A DNA stretch of 64,000 nucleotides from an uncultured Candidatus Saccharibacteria bacterium (lineage in GTDB: Bacteria > Patescibacteriota > Minisyncoccia > Phycocordibacterales > JACOZG01): contig OZ246403.1 in NCBI GenBank assembly GCA_965230925.1, positions 646,541 through 710,540 of the forward strand, read 5' to 3'. Shown in pieces: positions 26,219 to 35,979 of the stretch (position 1 is the first letter of the stretch; every line of letters begins with the position of its first letter). The notes under the pieces were generated by a model. The model saw nothing but the letters and a program-made list of their open reading frames with translations. It searched no databases and was not told where the DNA came from. The translations under genes and the position numbers were made by a program.

Positions 26219-27514
26219 ATGAATGACTACAGAAAATTATTACAAACATTTGTCGCTTTTCCGAGCATTTCAGCCGATCCAGCACGGAAAGGAGTAATGC
26301 AAGAAACAGCAAATTGGCTGCGCGACCAGTTAAAAGAAAGTCGGTTCAAGACAAAAATCTATCGTGGTTACGGAAACCCTGTGGTTTTCGGCCACTATCA
26401 GGTTAGTCCGAAAGCGCCGATATATCTCATTTATGGTCACTACGATGTGCAGCCGGCGAGTCATGAGGATGGGTGGAAATCTGATCCTTTTACTCTCGCC
26501 GAGCGCGGTAGCCGCTTCTACGCGCGTGGTGTGGCTGATAATAAAGGGCAAATTTTAATCCACTTGCGCGCCGCTTTTGAATTAATTAAAACTAAAAAGC
26601 TTGCTTACAACCTTAAATTTCTGATTGAGGGAAATGAAGAAACTGGTTCGGGGAATCTGCGCCAGCTTTTGGTTGATTATAAAAAAGATTTGGCAGCCGA
26701 TTGCGTAATTATTTCTGATGGCGATATTCCCAACTCTGCCCCAGCTATTGAAGCCAGTTTCCGTGGCACCTTCAATGTTGAACTTACACTTACGACTTCG
26801 AGTAAAGATTTACATTCTGGTCTCTTCGGTGGCACGGTGCCCAATGCTGCTCAAGTCTTGATTGATCTTTTGGCAACACTGCGAACAAAAGAAGGTGAGG
26901 TGGCGATTAATCAGTTTGCCGAAAATTTGCCAGAGGTTTCGGTAAATATCACTTCGCATTTCGAGCGCCGTTTATATTGCGACCTCACGGGTTGCCGCGA
27001 AGTGTTTGTAAATTCAGCAGAAGAACTAATGCGCAAAACTGGTTTGCAATCTGCTATTGAGATCACAGGCTTCAAGACTGGCTATACCGGCGAAGGGTTT
27101 CGTAATAGTATCCCGGCGGTCGCGAGTGCGAAGATTAACGTGCGCCTCGCACCGGGGCAAAAACCAGACGACCTCATTCGGTATTTCCGCTCGCACTTAC
27201 TCAAGAATGTTCCGAGTTATGCCACTCTTAATATTTCAATTACCGAAGGGGTTGCCGGGGTATTGCTTGATACAAATAATCCGCACGCTGTTCGTGCTAA
27301 GAATATTCTCACTGAAGTATACGGTGTCTCACCAATCGCTAAATATAGTGGGGGAACTTTGCCAATAGTTCGCGACTTCCAAGAAGTGTTAAAAATTTCT
27401 CAAGTAATGATCCCGCTCGCCAATGAAGATTGTGGTATGCACGCGGCAAATGAGAACTTCAAAATTGCTAATGTCAAAAAAGGGTTAGCCTTCAGTAAAA
27501 GCTTTTTCTCCTAA
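26219..27514 (+). CDS. M20 family metallopeptidase (dipeptidase / ArgE-DapE-CPG2 family)
   Basis: HYDVQP, GVADNKG, EGNEETGS metal-ligand blocks. Confidence 0.8.
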   Translation: MNDYRKLLQTFVAFPSISADPARKGVMQETANWLRDQLKESRFKTKIYRGYGNPVVFGHYQVSPKAPIYLIYGHYDVQPASHEDGWKSDPFTLAERGSRFYARGVADNKGQILIHLRAAFELIKTKKLAYNLKFLIEGNEETGSGNLRQLLVDYKKDLAADCVIISDGDIPNSAPAIEASFRGTFNVELTLTTSSKDLHSGLFGGTVPNAAQVLIDLLATLRTKEGEVAINQFAENLPEVSVNITSHFERRLYCDLTGCREVFVNSAEELMRKTGLQSAIEITGFKTGYTGEGFRNSIPAVASAKINVRLAPGQKPDDLIRYFRSHLLKNVPSYATLNISITEGVAGVLLDTNNPHAVRAKNILTEVYGVSPIAKYSGGTLPIVRDFQEVLKISQVMIPLANEDCGMHAANENFKIANVKKGLAFSKSFFS

Positions 27515-27560
27515 CTGATATTTGACGTCCCAGGTTTTTTCCCTTACTGTATAGCCTCCG

Positions 27561-29366
27561 ATGGAAATTAGGAATATCGCCATTATTGCTCACGTGGACC
27601 ACGGCAAGACGACCTTGACCGACTTTTTGCTGCGCCAAACGGGCGCGACTGGCGAGGGTGTTTCTATGGACTCCAATGCGCTTGAGCAAGAGCGCGGTAT
27701 CACCATTTATGCCAAGAACGCTTCGGTAAATTATAAGGGGACGAAAATTAATATTGTCGACACGCCCGGTCACGCCGACTTCGGCTCGGAGGTGGAACGC
27801 GTGTTGCGCTCAATTGATTCCGTTTTGCTCGTTGTCGACGCTCAAGAAGGGCCGATGCCACAGACGCGCTTCGTCCTCAAGAAGTCGCTCGAGCTTGGTC
27901 TCAAGCCGATTGTGGTGATTAATAAAATTGATAAACCGGCGGCTGACCCTGCTCGCTGCGAGGAGCAGGTGCTCGAACTTTTCCTCGAGCTCGGGGCGAG
28001 CGATGAGCAGAGTAATTTTCCAGTTGTGTATGCTATTGGTCGTGAGGGTGTGGCCAAGCGCAAGCTCACCGATGATCCGCCAGCTGGCGGAAAAGGTCTT
28101 ACACCGCTTTTGGATGTGATTCTTGAGCATGTGAAGCCAGCGGCAGTTTCTACGCCAGATCAACCACTCCGTTTCCAAGCTTTCAATCTCGGTTATGACA
28201 ACTTCCTTGGTCGCTTGGCCATTGGTCGCATTTATGAAGGCGAGGTTAAGGCGGCGCAAAACGTGTTTGTGAAGAAACCTGATGGCACCGTTCGTTCGGG
28301 TAAACTCACCAAAATTTTTACCTTCCAAGGTTTGAAGAAAGTGGATGCTGAAACAGCGACGAGTGGCGATATTGTGATGATCGCTGGTCTCCCGGATATC
28401 GACATTGGCGAGACGGTGACTACAAGTGAGGCTGCGGAACCCTTGCCTGCTATCGCCGTGGACGAGCCCACAATTACGCTTAATTTCCTCGTTAATAATT
28501 CGCCCTTTGCTGGTCGCGAAGGGAAGTTTGTGACCTCGCGTCAGTTGCGCGAGCGACTCGAGAAGGAGCTTGAGATTAATGTGGGCTTGCGAATCGAGTT
28601 TGATTCGACCGAGAGCTTCAAGGTTTCTGGTCGCGGCGAGTTGCACATCGCCATTTTGCTCGAGAATATGCGCCGCGAAGGTTATGAAATGCAAGTGTCC
28701 CAACCGCAAGTAATTATTCATGAAGTGGATGGCGCGAAGCATGAGCCGTTCGAAGAAGCGATTATTGACTGCCCCAATGAATATCAAGGTGTGGTGATTG
28801 AGCGCCTCGGCAATCGCGCTTTCACTTTGCAAAACATGCGGCAAGAAGGTCACGGCACGGCGGTGCGCCTCACCTTCGAAGGGCCAACGCGCGGTCTTCT
28901 CGGCTATCGCAATCAGTTTGTGGTGGATACGAAAGGCGAAGGGATTCTCTCTTCGCGCTTCATCGCCTTCCGACCTTACGCTGGAGAAATTAAGAAGCGC
29001 GCGGTCGGCTCGATGATCTCAATGGCCACGGGGAAAGCCTTGGGTTACGCACTCTGGAACTTGCAAGACCGCGGTCAGCTCTACATTGGTCCAAATACGG
29101 AAGTGTATGAAGGCATGGTGCTTGGCAATACCTCGAAGGGTGAAGAAATGATGGTTAACCCGACCAAGGGTAAGCAACTCACCAATGTGCGTTCCTCTGG
29201 TAATGATGAAGCGATTGATCTCGTGCCGCCTTACCTTCTCACCATCGAGCGTGGTCTCGAAGTCATGGCCGAAGATGAATATCTCGAAGTTACTCCCAGC
29301 TCAACTCGTTTGCGCAAACAAAAACTAACCGAAACTGATCGATCAAGAGAGAGACGGAAGGCTTAA
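27561..29366 (+). CDS. typA: Translational GTPase TypA/BipA
   Basis: G1 AHVDHGKTTL, G3 DTPGHADF, G4 NKID; EF-G-like domains; length about 600 aa. Confidence 0.9.
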   Translation: MEIRNIAIIAHVDHGKTTLTDFLLRQTGATGEGVSMDSNALEQERGITIYAKNASVNYKGTKINIVDTPGHADFGSEVERVLRSIDSVLLVVDAQEGPMPQTRFVLKKSLELGLKPIVVINKIDKPAADPARCEEQVLELFLELGASDEQSNFPVVYAIGREGVAKRKLTDDPPAGGKGLTPLLDVILEHVKPAAVSTPDQPLRFQAFNLGYDNFLGRLAIGRIYEGEVKAAQNVFVKKPDGTVRSGKLTKIFTFQGLKKVDAETATSGDIVMIAGLPDIDIGETVTTSEAAEPLPAIAVDEPTITLNFLVNNSPFAGREGKFVTSRQLRERLEKELEINVGLRIEFDSTESFKVSGRGELHIAILLENMRREGYEMQVSQPQVIIHEVDGAKHEPFEEAIIDCPNEYQGVVIERLGNRAFTLQNMRQEGHGTAVRLTFEGPTRGLLGYRNQFVVDTKGEGILSSRFIAFRPYAGEIKKRAVGSMISMATGKALGYALWNLQDRGQLYIGPNTEVYEGMVLGNTSKGEEMMVNPTKGKQLTNVRSSGNDEAIDLVPPYLLTIERGLEVMAEDEYLEVTPSSTRLRKQKLTETDRSRERRKA

Positions 29367-29397
29367 TAATAAATTATTTTGGCGCTATAATAAGCGC

Positions 29398-29859
29398 ATG
29401 ACAAAAGCACAAAAGGGTTGGTTAGTTTTAACAAGAATTTCTCTTGGTTGGCTCTTCTTTTATGCTGGCATCACCAAGGTGCTTAATCCAGAGTGGAGCG
29501 CGGCTGGTTACTTAACTGGGGCGAAGACGTTTTCCGGCTTCTTTGCTTGGCTTGCGAGCCCGAGCATTTTACCAATTATTAATTTTATAAACGAGTGGGG
29601 TTTAACCTTACTTGGGTTATCTTTAATTTTTGGTTTCCTTGTTCGCTGGTCTTCCATTCTTGGAGCGGTTCTTATGCTTCTATATTATTTGCCCACCCTC
29701 GACTTTCCGTATCCCAACCCTCACTCCTACTTGGTGGATGAGCACATTATCTACGCGCTTGTTTTAATTTCTTTCTCCGCTCTTAATGTGGGTAGAATTT
29801 TTGGTCTCGATGGACGACGGATTCGGCGCCGGGTGGCCAGCACTCCAGTTGCGGAGTAA
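29398..29859 (+). CDS. DoxX family membrane protein
   Basis: Four TM helices, pattern ISLGWLFFYAGITKV... Confidence 0.65.
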   Translation: MTKAQKGWLVLTRISLGWLFFYAGITKVLNPEWSAAGYLTGAKTFSGFFAWLASPSILPIINFINEWGLTLLGLSLIFGFLVRWSSILGAVLMLLYYLPTLDFPYPNPHSYLVDEHIIYALVLISFSALNVGRIFGLDGRRIRRRVASTPVAE

Positions 29860-29935
29860 CTATTTTTGTGCTATTGTTTTCGTCGGACAAATCGTAACTT
29901 GAACTAAGGCTTTTTAACCAGAAGGGAGGTGTTCG

Positions 29936-30388
29936 TTGGTTGATGCACAAGAGTTTAGTTGTTTCATCGTGAAGCCACCGATGAGCAACCTCGATGAAAT
30001 TCTAGAAATGATTCGGGGTAGTGGCCTAGAAATCACTTATTGTAACCAGTGTGTTTTTCTAACCGAGGAAAACATACTCAATCTCTACCCTGATCTAAGA
30101 TCGGTTTCCAAGCAACCCTTGTGGTGCATTGTTAGAGATCATCTGCGCAGCTCAACGTGTTGCGCTGGGATTGTGGAAGGTGACGATGCGATTGAGCGGT
30201 TGCTAGATATTTCCGGGCGACATCTAAACCCTGGGCTCTGCCTTGGTGGAACTATTCGGAAAGAATATGGGGCACAAGAGCCGATCAGGTCTCCTGGTGG
30301 GATCGTATATTATCCTAATGCGATTCACCGCTCGGCTACACTAGAAGAGGCGTTAGCAAACCACGAACTCATTTTCAGTTTCCCTTAA
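29936..30388 (+). CDS. Divergent nucleoside-diphosphate-kinase-like protein (TTG start)
   Basis: FIVKPP (NDK IKPD), GTIRKEYG (GTIRADF), NAIHRSATLEEALANHELIF (NVIHGSDSVESAEREIALWF): fold and catalytic His conserved. SD GAAGGGAGGTG 6 nt before TTG. Codon usage rich in CTA/ATA/AGA/AGG, unlike neighbouring genes. Confidence 0.5.
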   Translation: MVDAQEFSCFIVKPPMSNLDEILEMIRGSGLEITYCNQCVFLTEENILNLYPDLRSVSKQPLWCIVRDHLRSSTCCAGIVEGDDAIERLLDISGRHLNPGLCLGGTIRKEYGAQEPIRSPGGIVYYPNAIHRSATLEEALANHELIFSFP

Positions 30389-30409
30389 TCCTAACCACAG
30401 TGGTTATTT

Positions 30410-30450
30410 AACACCCGCGTCGTGCGTTGCGACTCGGGTGTTTTCATTTT
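30410..30450 (+). terminator. Rho-independent terminator
   Basis: ACACCCG-17 nt-CGGGTGT then TTTTCATTTT. Confidence 0.7.
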
Positions 30451-30524
30451 GAGTGTTTTTCCTTTTGTGATAAATTGGAACAAGCGTTTTTTTGTTCCAA
30501 TGTTTTTTGCCAAGGAGGGCGACG

Positions 30525-30692
30525 ATGAACGACAATAAGAAAAAAACGGTCGTTTTCCTACGACCCAACCCTTCTCCGCCTAAAACATGCCGGCGTTGTG
30601 GTCAACCATTAGACCGCAAAGCCAGCGGTACTGGTATTTGTCCCAACAGCCAATGTGGGGCGAAGTATTTAGCAAAGGCCATTCCTCAGTGA
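30525..30692 (+). CDS. Small zinc-ribbon protein (55 aa)
   Basis: SD CCAAGGAGGG 6 nt before the ATG. CRRC...(16)...CPNSQC four-Cys ribbon. The leader contains an extended -10-like TGTGATAAAT and hairpin TTGGAACAA-GCGTTTTTTT-GTTCCAA. Confidence 0.45.
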   Translation: MNDNKKKTVVFLRPNPSPPKTCRRCGQPLDRKASGTGICPNSQCGAKYLAKAIPQ

Positions 30693-30724
30693 GGGGGCCT
30701 TTGTTCATTCTTAGGTGGTTTGGT

Positions 30725-31747
30725 ATGATTGCCGGCATGAAAACTGCTTTTTATACGATTGCGGATTGGGAGCGAGAATATTTGGAGGGTAAACTGGCGG
30801 GCGTGGGAGTTGAAGCAGAATATATTTCTACACCGCTGAAGAAAGAAACACTTGCTGGTTCAAGTGACGCTGAAATTATTTCTGTTTTTGTGGACTCGGT
30901 GGTTGATAAAGCGGTACTCGATAATTTTCCGAATCTCAAGTTTATCGCCGCGCGCTCGACTGGCTTTGACCACATCGACCTCGCGACAGCTAAGGCGCGC
31001 AATATTCCGTTGAGTTATGTGCCGAGTTATGGCGAGAACACAGTGGCTGAGCAGGCCTTTGCGCTCTTACTCGCCGTCTCGCGGAAAATTTATCAAGCTT
31101 TTGATCAGATTAAAGAAACCGGGAGCTTTAGCCAGGCTAATTTGCAAGGCTTCGATTTGCGCGGGAAAACGATTGGCGTCGTCGGCACTGGTCGCATTGG
31201 TCGCCATGCCATCCAGATGGCGAAAGGTTTCGGTATGAAGGTGGTGGCGTATGATCCGTTCCCGAACGAAGCGATGGCCAAAGAACTCGACTTTACTTAT
31301 TTACCTTTGCCCGAACTTCTCGCCGCGAGTGATGTGGTGACTTTGCATGTGCCATATATGAAGGAGACGCATCATCTCATTAATGCCGAAACAATAAAAA
31401 ACATGAAGCCAGGCGCGGTTCTTATCAACACGGCGCGCGGTCCGGTGGTAGAAACGGCGGCGCTTGTCTCAGCACTTAAGAATGGCAAACTCGGCGGCGC
31501 GGGACTTGATGTGCTCGAGGAAGAAGGGGTGATTAAAGATGAGTTTGGCTTCATGCTCCACGGCAAGGCGAGCGAACATGATCTCAAGACGGTGCTCGCG
31601 AACCACATCCTCATTGATCTCCCGAACGTGGTGATCACACCGCACAATGCCTTCAATACCAAGGAGGCGATTCAGCGTATCCACGACACCACGATTGAGA
31701 ATATCAAAGCCTTCCTTGCTGGTAATTCCACCAACTTGGTGAAGTAA
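30725..31747 (+). CDS. D-isomer-specific 2-hydroxyacid dehydrogenase (D-lactate/phosphoglycerate dehydrogenase family)
   Basis: NAD-binding GKTIGVVGTGRIGRHA, catalytic-region LINTARG...HNAF. Start taken at the ATG behind AGGTGG rather than the long track ORF starting at 30587. Confidence 0.8.
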   Translation: MIAGMKTAFYTIADWEREYLEGKLAGVGVEAEYISTPLKKETLAGSSDAEIISVFVDSVVDKAVLDNFPNLKFIAARSTGFDHIDLATAKARNIPLSYVPSYGENTVAEQAFALLLAVSRKIYQAFDQIKETGSFSQANLQGFDLRGKTIGVVGTGRIGRHAIQMAKGFGMKVVAYDPFPNEAMAKELDFTYLPLPELLAASDVVTLHVPYMKETHHLINAETIKNMKPGAVLINTARGPVVETAALVSALKNGKLGGAGLDVLEEEGVIKDEFGFMLHGKASEHDLKTVLANHILIDLPNVVITPHNAFNTKEAIQRIHDTTIENIKAFLAGNSTNLVK

Positions 31748-31795
31748 AAAACGGCTCGTGATATAATTTCCGCATTATTAGGTAAGATAAAAACA

Positions 31796-32197
31796 ATGTC
31801 TAAAAGCTTTTTTGATATAACGAGTACGGCTAAGAAGCCCGACCTGGGTCTCCTCATTATCCGGCTCGCGATTGGTGTGATCTTCGTAGCTCATGGGTGG
31901 CAGAAGTTTGGCAACATGGAGGCAACGATTACCTTCTTTACTACCATCAGCCTCGCGCCGTTCTTTGCTTATCTCGTGGCCGCGGTAGAATTCCTTGGTG
32001 GTATAGCAATGATTCTAGGCGTGTGGACGCATTTGGCGGGTTTGCTCCTTGCCATTGTGATGCTCGTCGCGATTATTATACTCAAGGCTAAAACTGGTTT
32101 GGTTGGTGGATACGAACTCGATTTGATCCTGCTCGCTTCTGCTCTCGGTATCAGCATGCTCGGACCCGGTAAACACACAGTCAAGAAACACGGTTAA
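31796..32197 (+). CDS. DoxX family membrane protein (paralog of 29398..29859)
   Basis: LIIRLAIGVIFVAHGWQKF... four TM. Confidence 0.65.
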   Translation: MSKSFFDITSTAKKPDLGLLIIRLAIGVIFVAHGWQKFGNMEATITFFTTISLAPFFAYLVAAVEFLGGIAMILGVWTHLAGLLLAIVMLVAIIILKAKTGLVGGYELDLILLASALGISMLGPGKHTVKKHG

Positions 32198-32282
32198 TCC
32201 CATCTTTTCTCCGCACGAAAAAACGAGCGACTCTCCAGTCGCTCGTTTCGTGTTTTTTGTTTGTCCGAATTTTTGTTCGGTC

Positions 32283-33272
32283 TCATAGTGATTCTCGGAT
32301 GATCTGATACCTTCCGGGAACCGCCGTTTGTGCTAGTGGTTTGGGGTCTCGAGCTCGGGCGTTCTGCCATAGGGTATATACCAGGTCAGACATTTGTCGT
32401 TCGAGGAGTCTGGCTTGCGCCAACTTGAGAAAGGTGGTTGTGAACGGTGTCTCAAGACAGGTTAGGTACTCCCAAACCAGCAATTCCAAATCGTCCTTAT
32501 CTACTTGCCCATGCTCCCCGAGGGAGCTGGCGAAGCGGACAAGGGTGAAGGTTTGGTCCCGGCGCCAACTTACTTTGTCGAGATCAATAATGATTACCCT
32601 GCCGTTATCCCAGAAGAGGTTGCCCGCGTGGGCGCCGTCGAGGTGGAAAGAATAGGGAAGTGTCTTCATTGTCCTTTTGCCGCCTCTAAGTTTCAGCGCG
32701 ACACGTGGAATCAGGGCGACGATTTTTGCGATCCACTCCAAGTTGTCTGGCCTAGGGTCTTGCCACGACGCCTCCCAGATTCTTTTTCCCCAACGAAGGA
32801 AATAACGATCAAAGCCTCGCTTGGTGTACTTTCGCAACAGGGGCAGGTTTGTTGGCTTAATTCCCGCCGCCTGGATTCTCGCAATCGCTTGAGCCGCCCC
32901 TACCAGTTGTCGCCCATCGAGCTTGGCGAATTTGCTCAATGGTTGACCGGATACATATTCTTCCACCATGAACGGGTAGGGGAAATCATCAGCAAAATAA
33001 AGCAACTCCGGCACCACCTCGGTCTCTTGGAGAGCCGTGGCCACCGCATACTCCTCTTCAATTCCGATGAAGGCACCCTTGTGATGCTTCCTGTCCGGAT
33101 GAATCACTCGGATGATGAGGGGTTTCATTCCTCCTGACTGGTTTGTTTCGAAAATCAAATGCTGGCTACCTTCATGGGCGAGCCGGATTTGAGTTTCTTT
33201 GTCTAATCCCGCTGGTTTGTGTATATCGAGATAGTCGCTCAGATCCCTAATTAGTTGTTCAATGTTCACCAT
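32283..33272 (-). CDS. Aminoglycoside phosphotransferase (APH)/eukaryotic-like kinase family protein
   Basis: Catalytic loop HLDGAHAGNLFWDNGRVIIIDLD (HxDxxxxN...D). Start placed at MVNIEQ with SD AAAGGAAAAGAG. Confidence 0.65.
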   Translation of the reverse strand: MVNIEQLIRDLSDYLDIHKPAGLDKETQIRLAHEGSQHLIFETNQSGGMKPLIIRVIHPDRKHHKGAFIGIEEEYAVATALQETEVVPELLYFADDFPYPFMVEEYVSGQPLSKFAKLDGRQLVGAAQAIARIQAAGIKPTNLPLLRKYTKRGFDRYFLRWGKRIWEASWQDPRPDNLEWIAKIVALIPRVALKLRGGKRTMKTLPYSFHLDGAHAGNLFWDNGRVIIIDLDKVSWRRDQTFTLVRFASSLGEHGQVDKDDLELLVWEYLTCLETPFTTTFLKLAQARLLERQMSDLVYTLWQNARARDPKPLAQTAVPGRYQIIRESL

Positions 33273-33379
33273 AACTCTTTTCCTTTTCAGTAAAGCCCGT
33301 CCTCTCGTCCAGTAACCCAATCTGGTGAATTTGATACCATAAAATTAATATCTTTGCAAGCTGTGGTAGTCTAGGGCCA

Positions 33380-33961
33380 ATGAAAAAGATCGCCTACATT
33401 ATTCCTGGTCACGGAGAATCAGTGGAAAACCAGCCGGTGTATAAGAGAATCGCCAAAGCCTTTGCCGAGCGGGGAATTGAGCCGGTGCAAATTACGATTG
33501 ACTGGCATCATCAAAAACCAGCAAAATTTAGTGACTACGTAAAACAGTTTTTACAGCAGCGGAAGAAAGTAAAGAACGCCGAGGTGTATGTGCTCGGATT
33601 CTCTTTCGGTGCCATGATTGCTTTTCTTTCTGCGGCGCGAATTAAGCCAGACGTTTTGATCTTATGTTCCCTTTCACCTTACTTTTTGGAGGATCATAAA
33701 AAGCTGAAACCAGATTGGCTGAAATGGTGGCAGAAATCAATTGCTGATAGCGACTATTTGTTTTCTGATCTTGCTCCCGGGATTACTGCCAAAACATATT
33801 TAATTGTTGGCGATCAAGAGAGTCAGTCTTGTTTAACCAGAGCGCGCCAGGCCAAGAAACAAATTGCTAACAGTAAATTAATTTACGCTCGCGGGGCTAA
33901 GCATCGCATGCGACAGAAAGAGTATTTTAAAACAGTTAAGGATTTAATTTCTAAAATTTGA
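33380..33961 (+). CDS. Alpha/beta hydrolase (esterase-like)
   Basis: GxSxG nucleophile elbow GFSFGA. Confidence 0.6.
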   Translation: MKKIAYIIPGHGESVENQPVYKRIAKAFAERGIEPVQITIDWHHQKPAKFSDYVKQFLQQRKKVKNAEVYVLGFSFGAMIAFLSAARIKPDVLILCSLSPYFLEDHKKLKPDWLKWWQKSIADSDYLFSDLAPGITAKTYLIVGDQESQSCLTRARQAKKQIANSKLIYARGAKHRMRQKEYFKTVKDLISKI

Positions 33962-34255
33962 GATATTGCTTGAAGCCGTTGATTTCACGATAGGGACATG
34001 CTATTTTTTCCTTAGGTCAATTCGACGAGAAGCCTGGATCGGTTCAGCCTTGGCATTTTGTAATGCGCGGCTCACACGATACCATCGGTTTAGCCCCGAT
34101 GGTGGTCCTTCTCATCACGCTCTCTGCGCCCTGCGACTAAAAGTCAACAGTTGCGCAACAGAACCCCAGCACGTTCCTTCCGTCGAATAACCCGCCGGCC
34201 CGATGGTAACTCTCGGGCCGGCACAATTTTGTCTAAAATTTGTTATGATCTGTTT

Positions 34256-34897
34256 ATGAAAGTCACTAAACTCGGGCATTGTTGTTTATTGATTGAGGAA
34301 GCGGGGGTGCGGGTGCTCACGGATCCAGGAACATTTTCGACGAAGCAGGATGAGGTGACGGGGATTGATTTGGTTCTCATTACTCACGAGCACGCCGATC
34401 ACTTACACATTGATTCGCTTAAGAAAGTGATTGCCAATAATCCAACGGCGAAGGTGATTACCAATAGTGCGGTGGGGAAAATTTTGGATCAAGAAAAGAT
34501 TGCCTACACAGTCGTTGAAGACGGAGGCAAATTTTCGCATGGCGATGTAACTATTGAAGGTTGTGGCACCGAGCACGGTTATATTTACAAGACAGTGAAG
34601 GCCGTGATGAACACCGGCTATCTCGTGAACAATAAACTTTTTTATCCGGGTGATGCACTTTATGACCCAAAGCGGCCGGTGGAAGTGCTCGCGCTCCCGG
34701 TGGTCGCGCCGTGGCTTAAGATTAGTGAGGCGATTGATTATGCGAAAGCACTCAAGCCTAAAGCCTGCTTTCCGGTACACGACGGAGCCTTGAGGCCAGA
34801 TCGAGCGGGTTTTGTCCCGCGAGTGATGGGTGACGCCTTGGCATCAACTGAAATAAGATTTGTGCCAATGGCCGAAGGGTCGGTGCAGGAGTTTTAA
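34256..34897 (+). CDS. MBL-fold metallo-hydrolase
   Basis: ITHEHADH motif. Start moved to ATG 34256 (MKVTKLGHCC...) because the 5' part of the track ORF crosses the structured intergenic region. Confidence 0.7.
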   Translation: MKVTKLGHCCLLIEEAGVRVLTDPGTFSTKQDEVTGIDLVLITHEHADHLHIDSLKKVIANNPTAKVITNSAVGKILDQEKIAYTVVEDGGKFSHGDVTIEGCGTEHGYIYKTVKAVMNTGYLVNNKLFYPGDALYDPKRPVEVLALPVVAPWLKISEAIDYAKALKPKACFPVHDGALRPDRAGFVPRVMGDALASTEIRFVPMAEGSVQEF

Positions 34898-34910
34898 AAA
34901 GTAAAAGCAA

Positions 34911-34950
34911 ATCAGCGGCAGTTCCTTTCGGTTCTGCCGCTGTTTATATT
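34911..34950 (+). terminator. Rho-independent terminator
   Basis: AGCGGCAG-12 nt-CTGCCGCT then GTTTATATTTCTTT. Confidence 0.65.
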
Positions 34951-35211
34951 TCTTTCCCGCTCCGTTGTCAGTCAGTCGCTCGATGGGGAAGCGAACAACT
35001 CTTCTTCGTTTGCCGCTGACCACAGAATGTCCTCGAGTGTTTCCGGACCAAAACTTTCCCAAATCAACATGACCGCACTCCTTCGCTTAACGTAGAGAAC
35101 CTTAAGTTTCAGTTAGCCGAGCAATGGCCACAGCCGAAACCTAACTGCCGATAGGTTACCATATTAAATTATATATGTCAAGCATAGATAGGCTTATCAC
35201 TAAGAAACGGC

Positions 35212-35979
35212 TTATTTAAGCCACATAATGACAAAGAGAAGGGCGATGATGATTCGGTAGAGGCCGAAGGGGAGGAGGGTTCGGGTTTGAATAAATTTGA
35301 GAAATGATTTGACGGCGAGGAGAGCGGTGAGGAAGGCGACGAGGAAACCGAGAGCGAAAAGGCGATAATCGTTTGAAGAAAAGGTGAGATTGCTTTTAAC
35401 TAAATCGAAAACGGTGGCCGCGAGAATGGTGGGCACGGCAAGGAGAAAGGAAAATTCTACCGCTGCGCGCCGTGAGAGGCCGAGTACGCGGCCGCCAATA
35501 ATCGCGGCGGCCGCGCGAGACACTCCCGGAATTACCGCGAGGGCCTGAACAACACCAATTACCAGCGCTTGCTTTGGTGAAACCTCGTTAATGAGAGAAC
35601 TTTCTTCTCGACCGCGTTGCCAGAATTCAATCGCAATAATTACGAGTCCGCCGAGGGCGAGTGATAAGATGATGGTGTGTGCACCCTCGAGAAAGATATC
35701 TTTAATCGTGGGATAAATAGAAGCACCGACAATCGCGGTAGGGATGAAGCCGCAGATTATTGGCCACCACAAGCGGCGATTGATTAGGGTTTTGAAATAT
35801 ACTCCCACTACGGCCAAAATGGCGCCGAGTTGAATGAAGATCTGGAAGCTTTTCATCAGCGCCGTTGGTGAGAGGCCAAGTAATTTGCTCGTTACGATGA
35901 GATGGCCGGTGGAAGAAACAGGTAAGAATTCCGTGATTCCCTCAACGACACCGAGAACGACAGCGTGCCACTCATTCAT
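35212..35979 (-). CDS. uppP: Undecaprenyl-diphosphate phosphatase
   Basis: GITEFLPVSSTGHL signature; 8 TM. Confidence 0.9.
   Translation of the reverse strand: MNEWHAVVLGVVEGITEFLPVSSTGHLIVTSKLLGLSPTALMKSFQIFIQLGAILAVVGVYFKTLINRRLWWPIICGFIPTAIVGASIYPTIKDIFLEGAHTIILSLALGGLVIIAIEFWQRGREESSLINEVSPKQALVIGVVQALAVIPGVSRAAAAIIGGRVLGLSRRAAVEFSFLLAVPTILAATVFDLVKSNLTFSSNDYRLFALGFLVAFLTALLAVKSFLKFIQTRTLLPFGLYRIIIALLFVIMWLK

Noticed and set aside
27810-28853. 347-aa ORF antisense to typA
   Set aside because: Shadow ORF of a highly conserved gene; no motifs.
34090-34150. Fluoride (crcB) riboswitch resemblance (CCGATGGTGGTCC ... CUAAAAGUC)
   Set aside because: Only the GAUGG core matches; the AAACnGC and GCUAAUGACUCC segments are absent, and the downstream gene is not fluoride-related.
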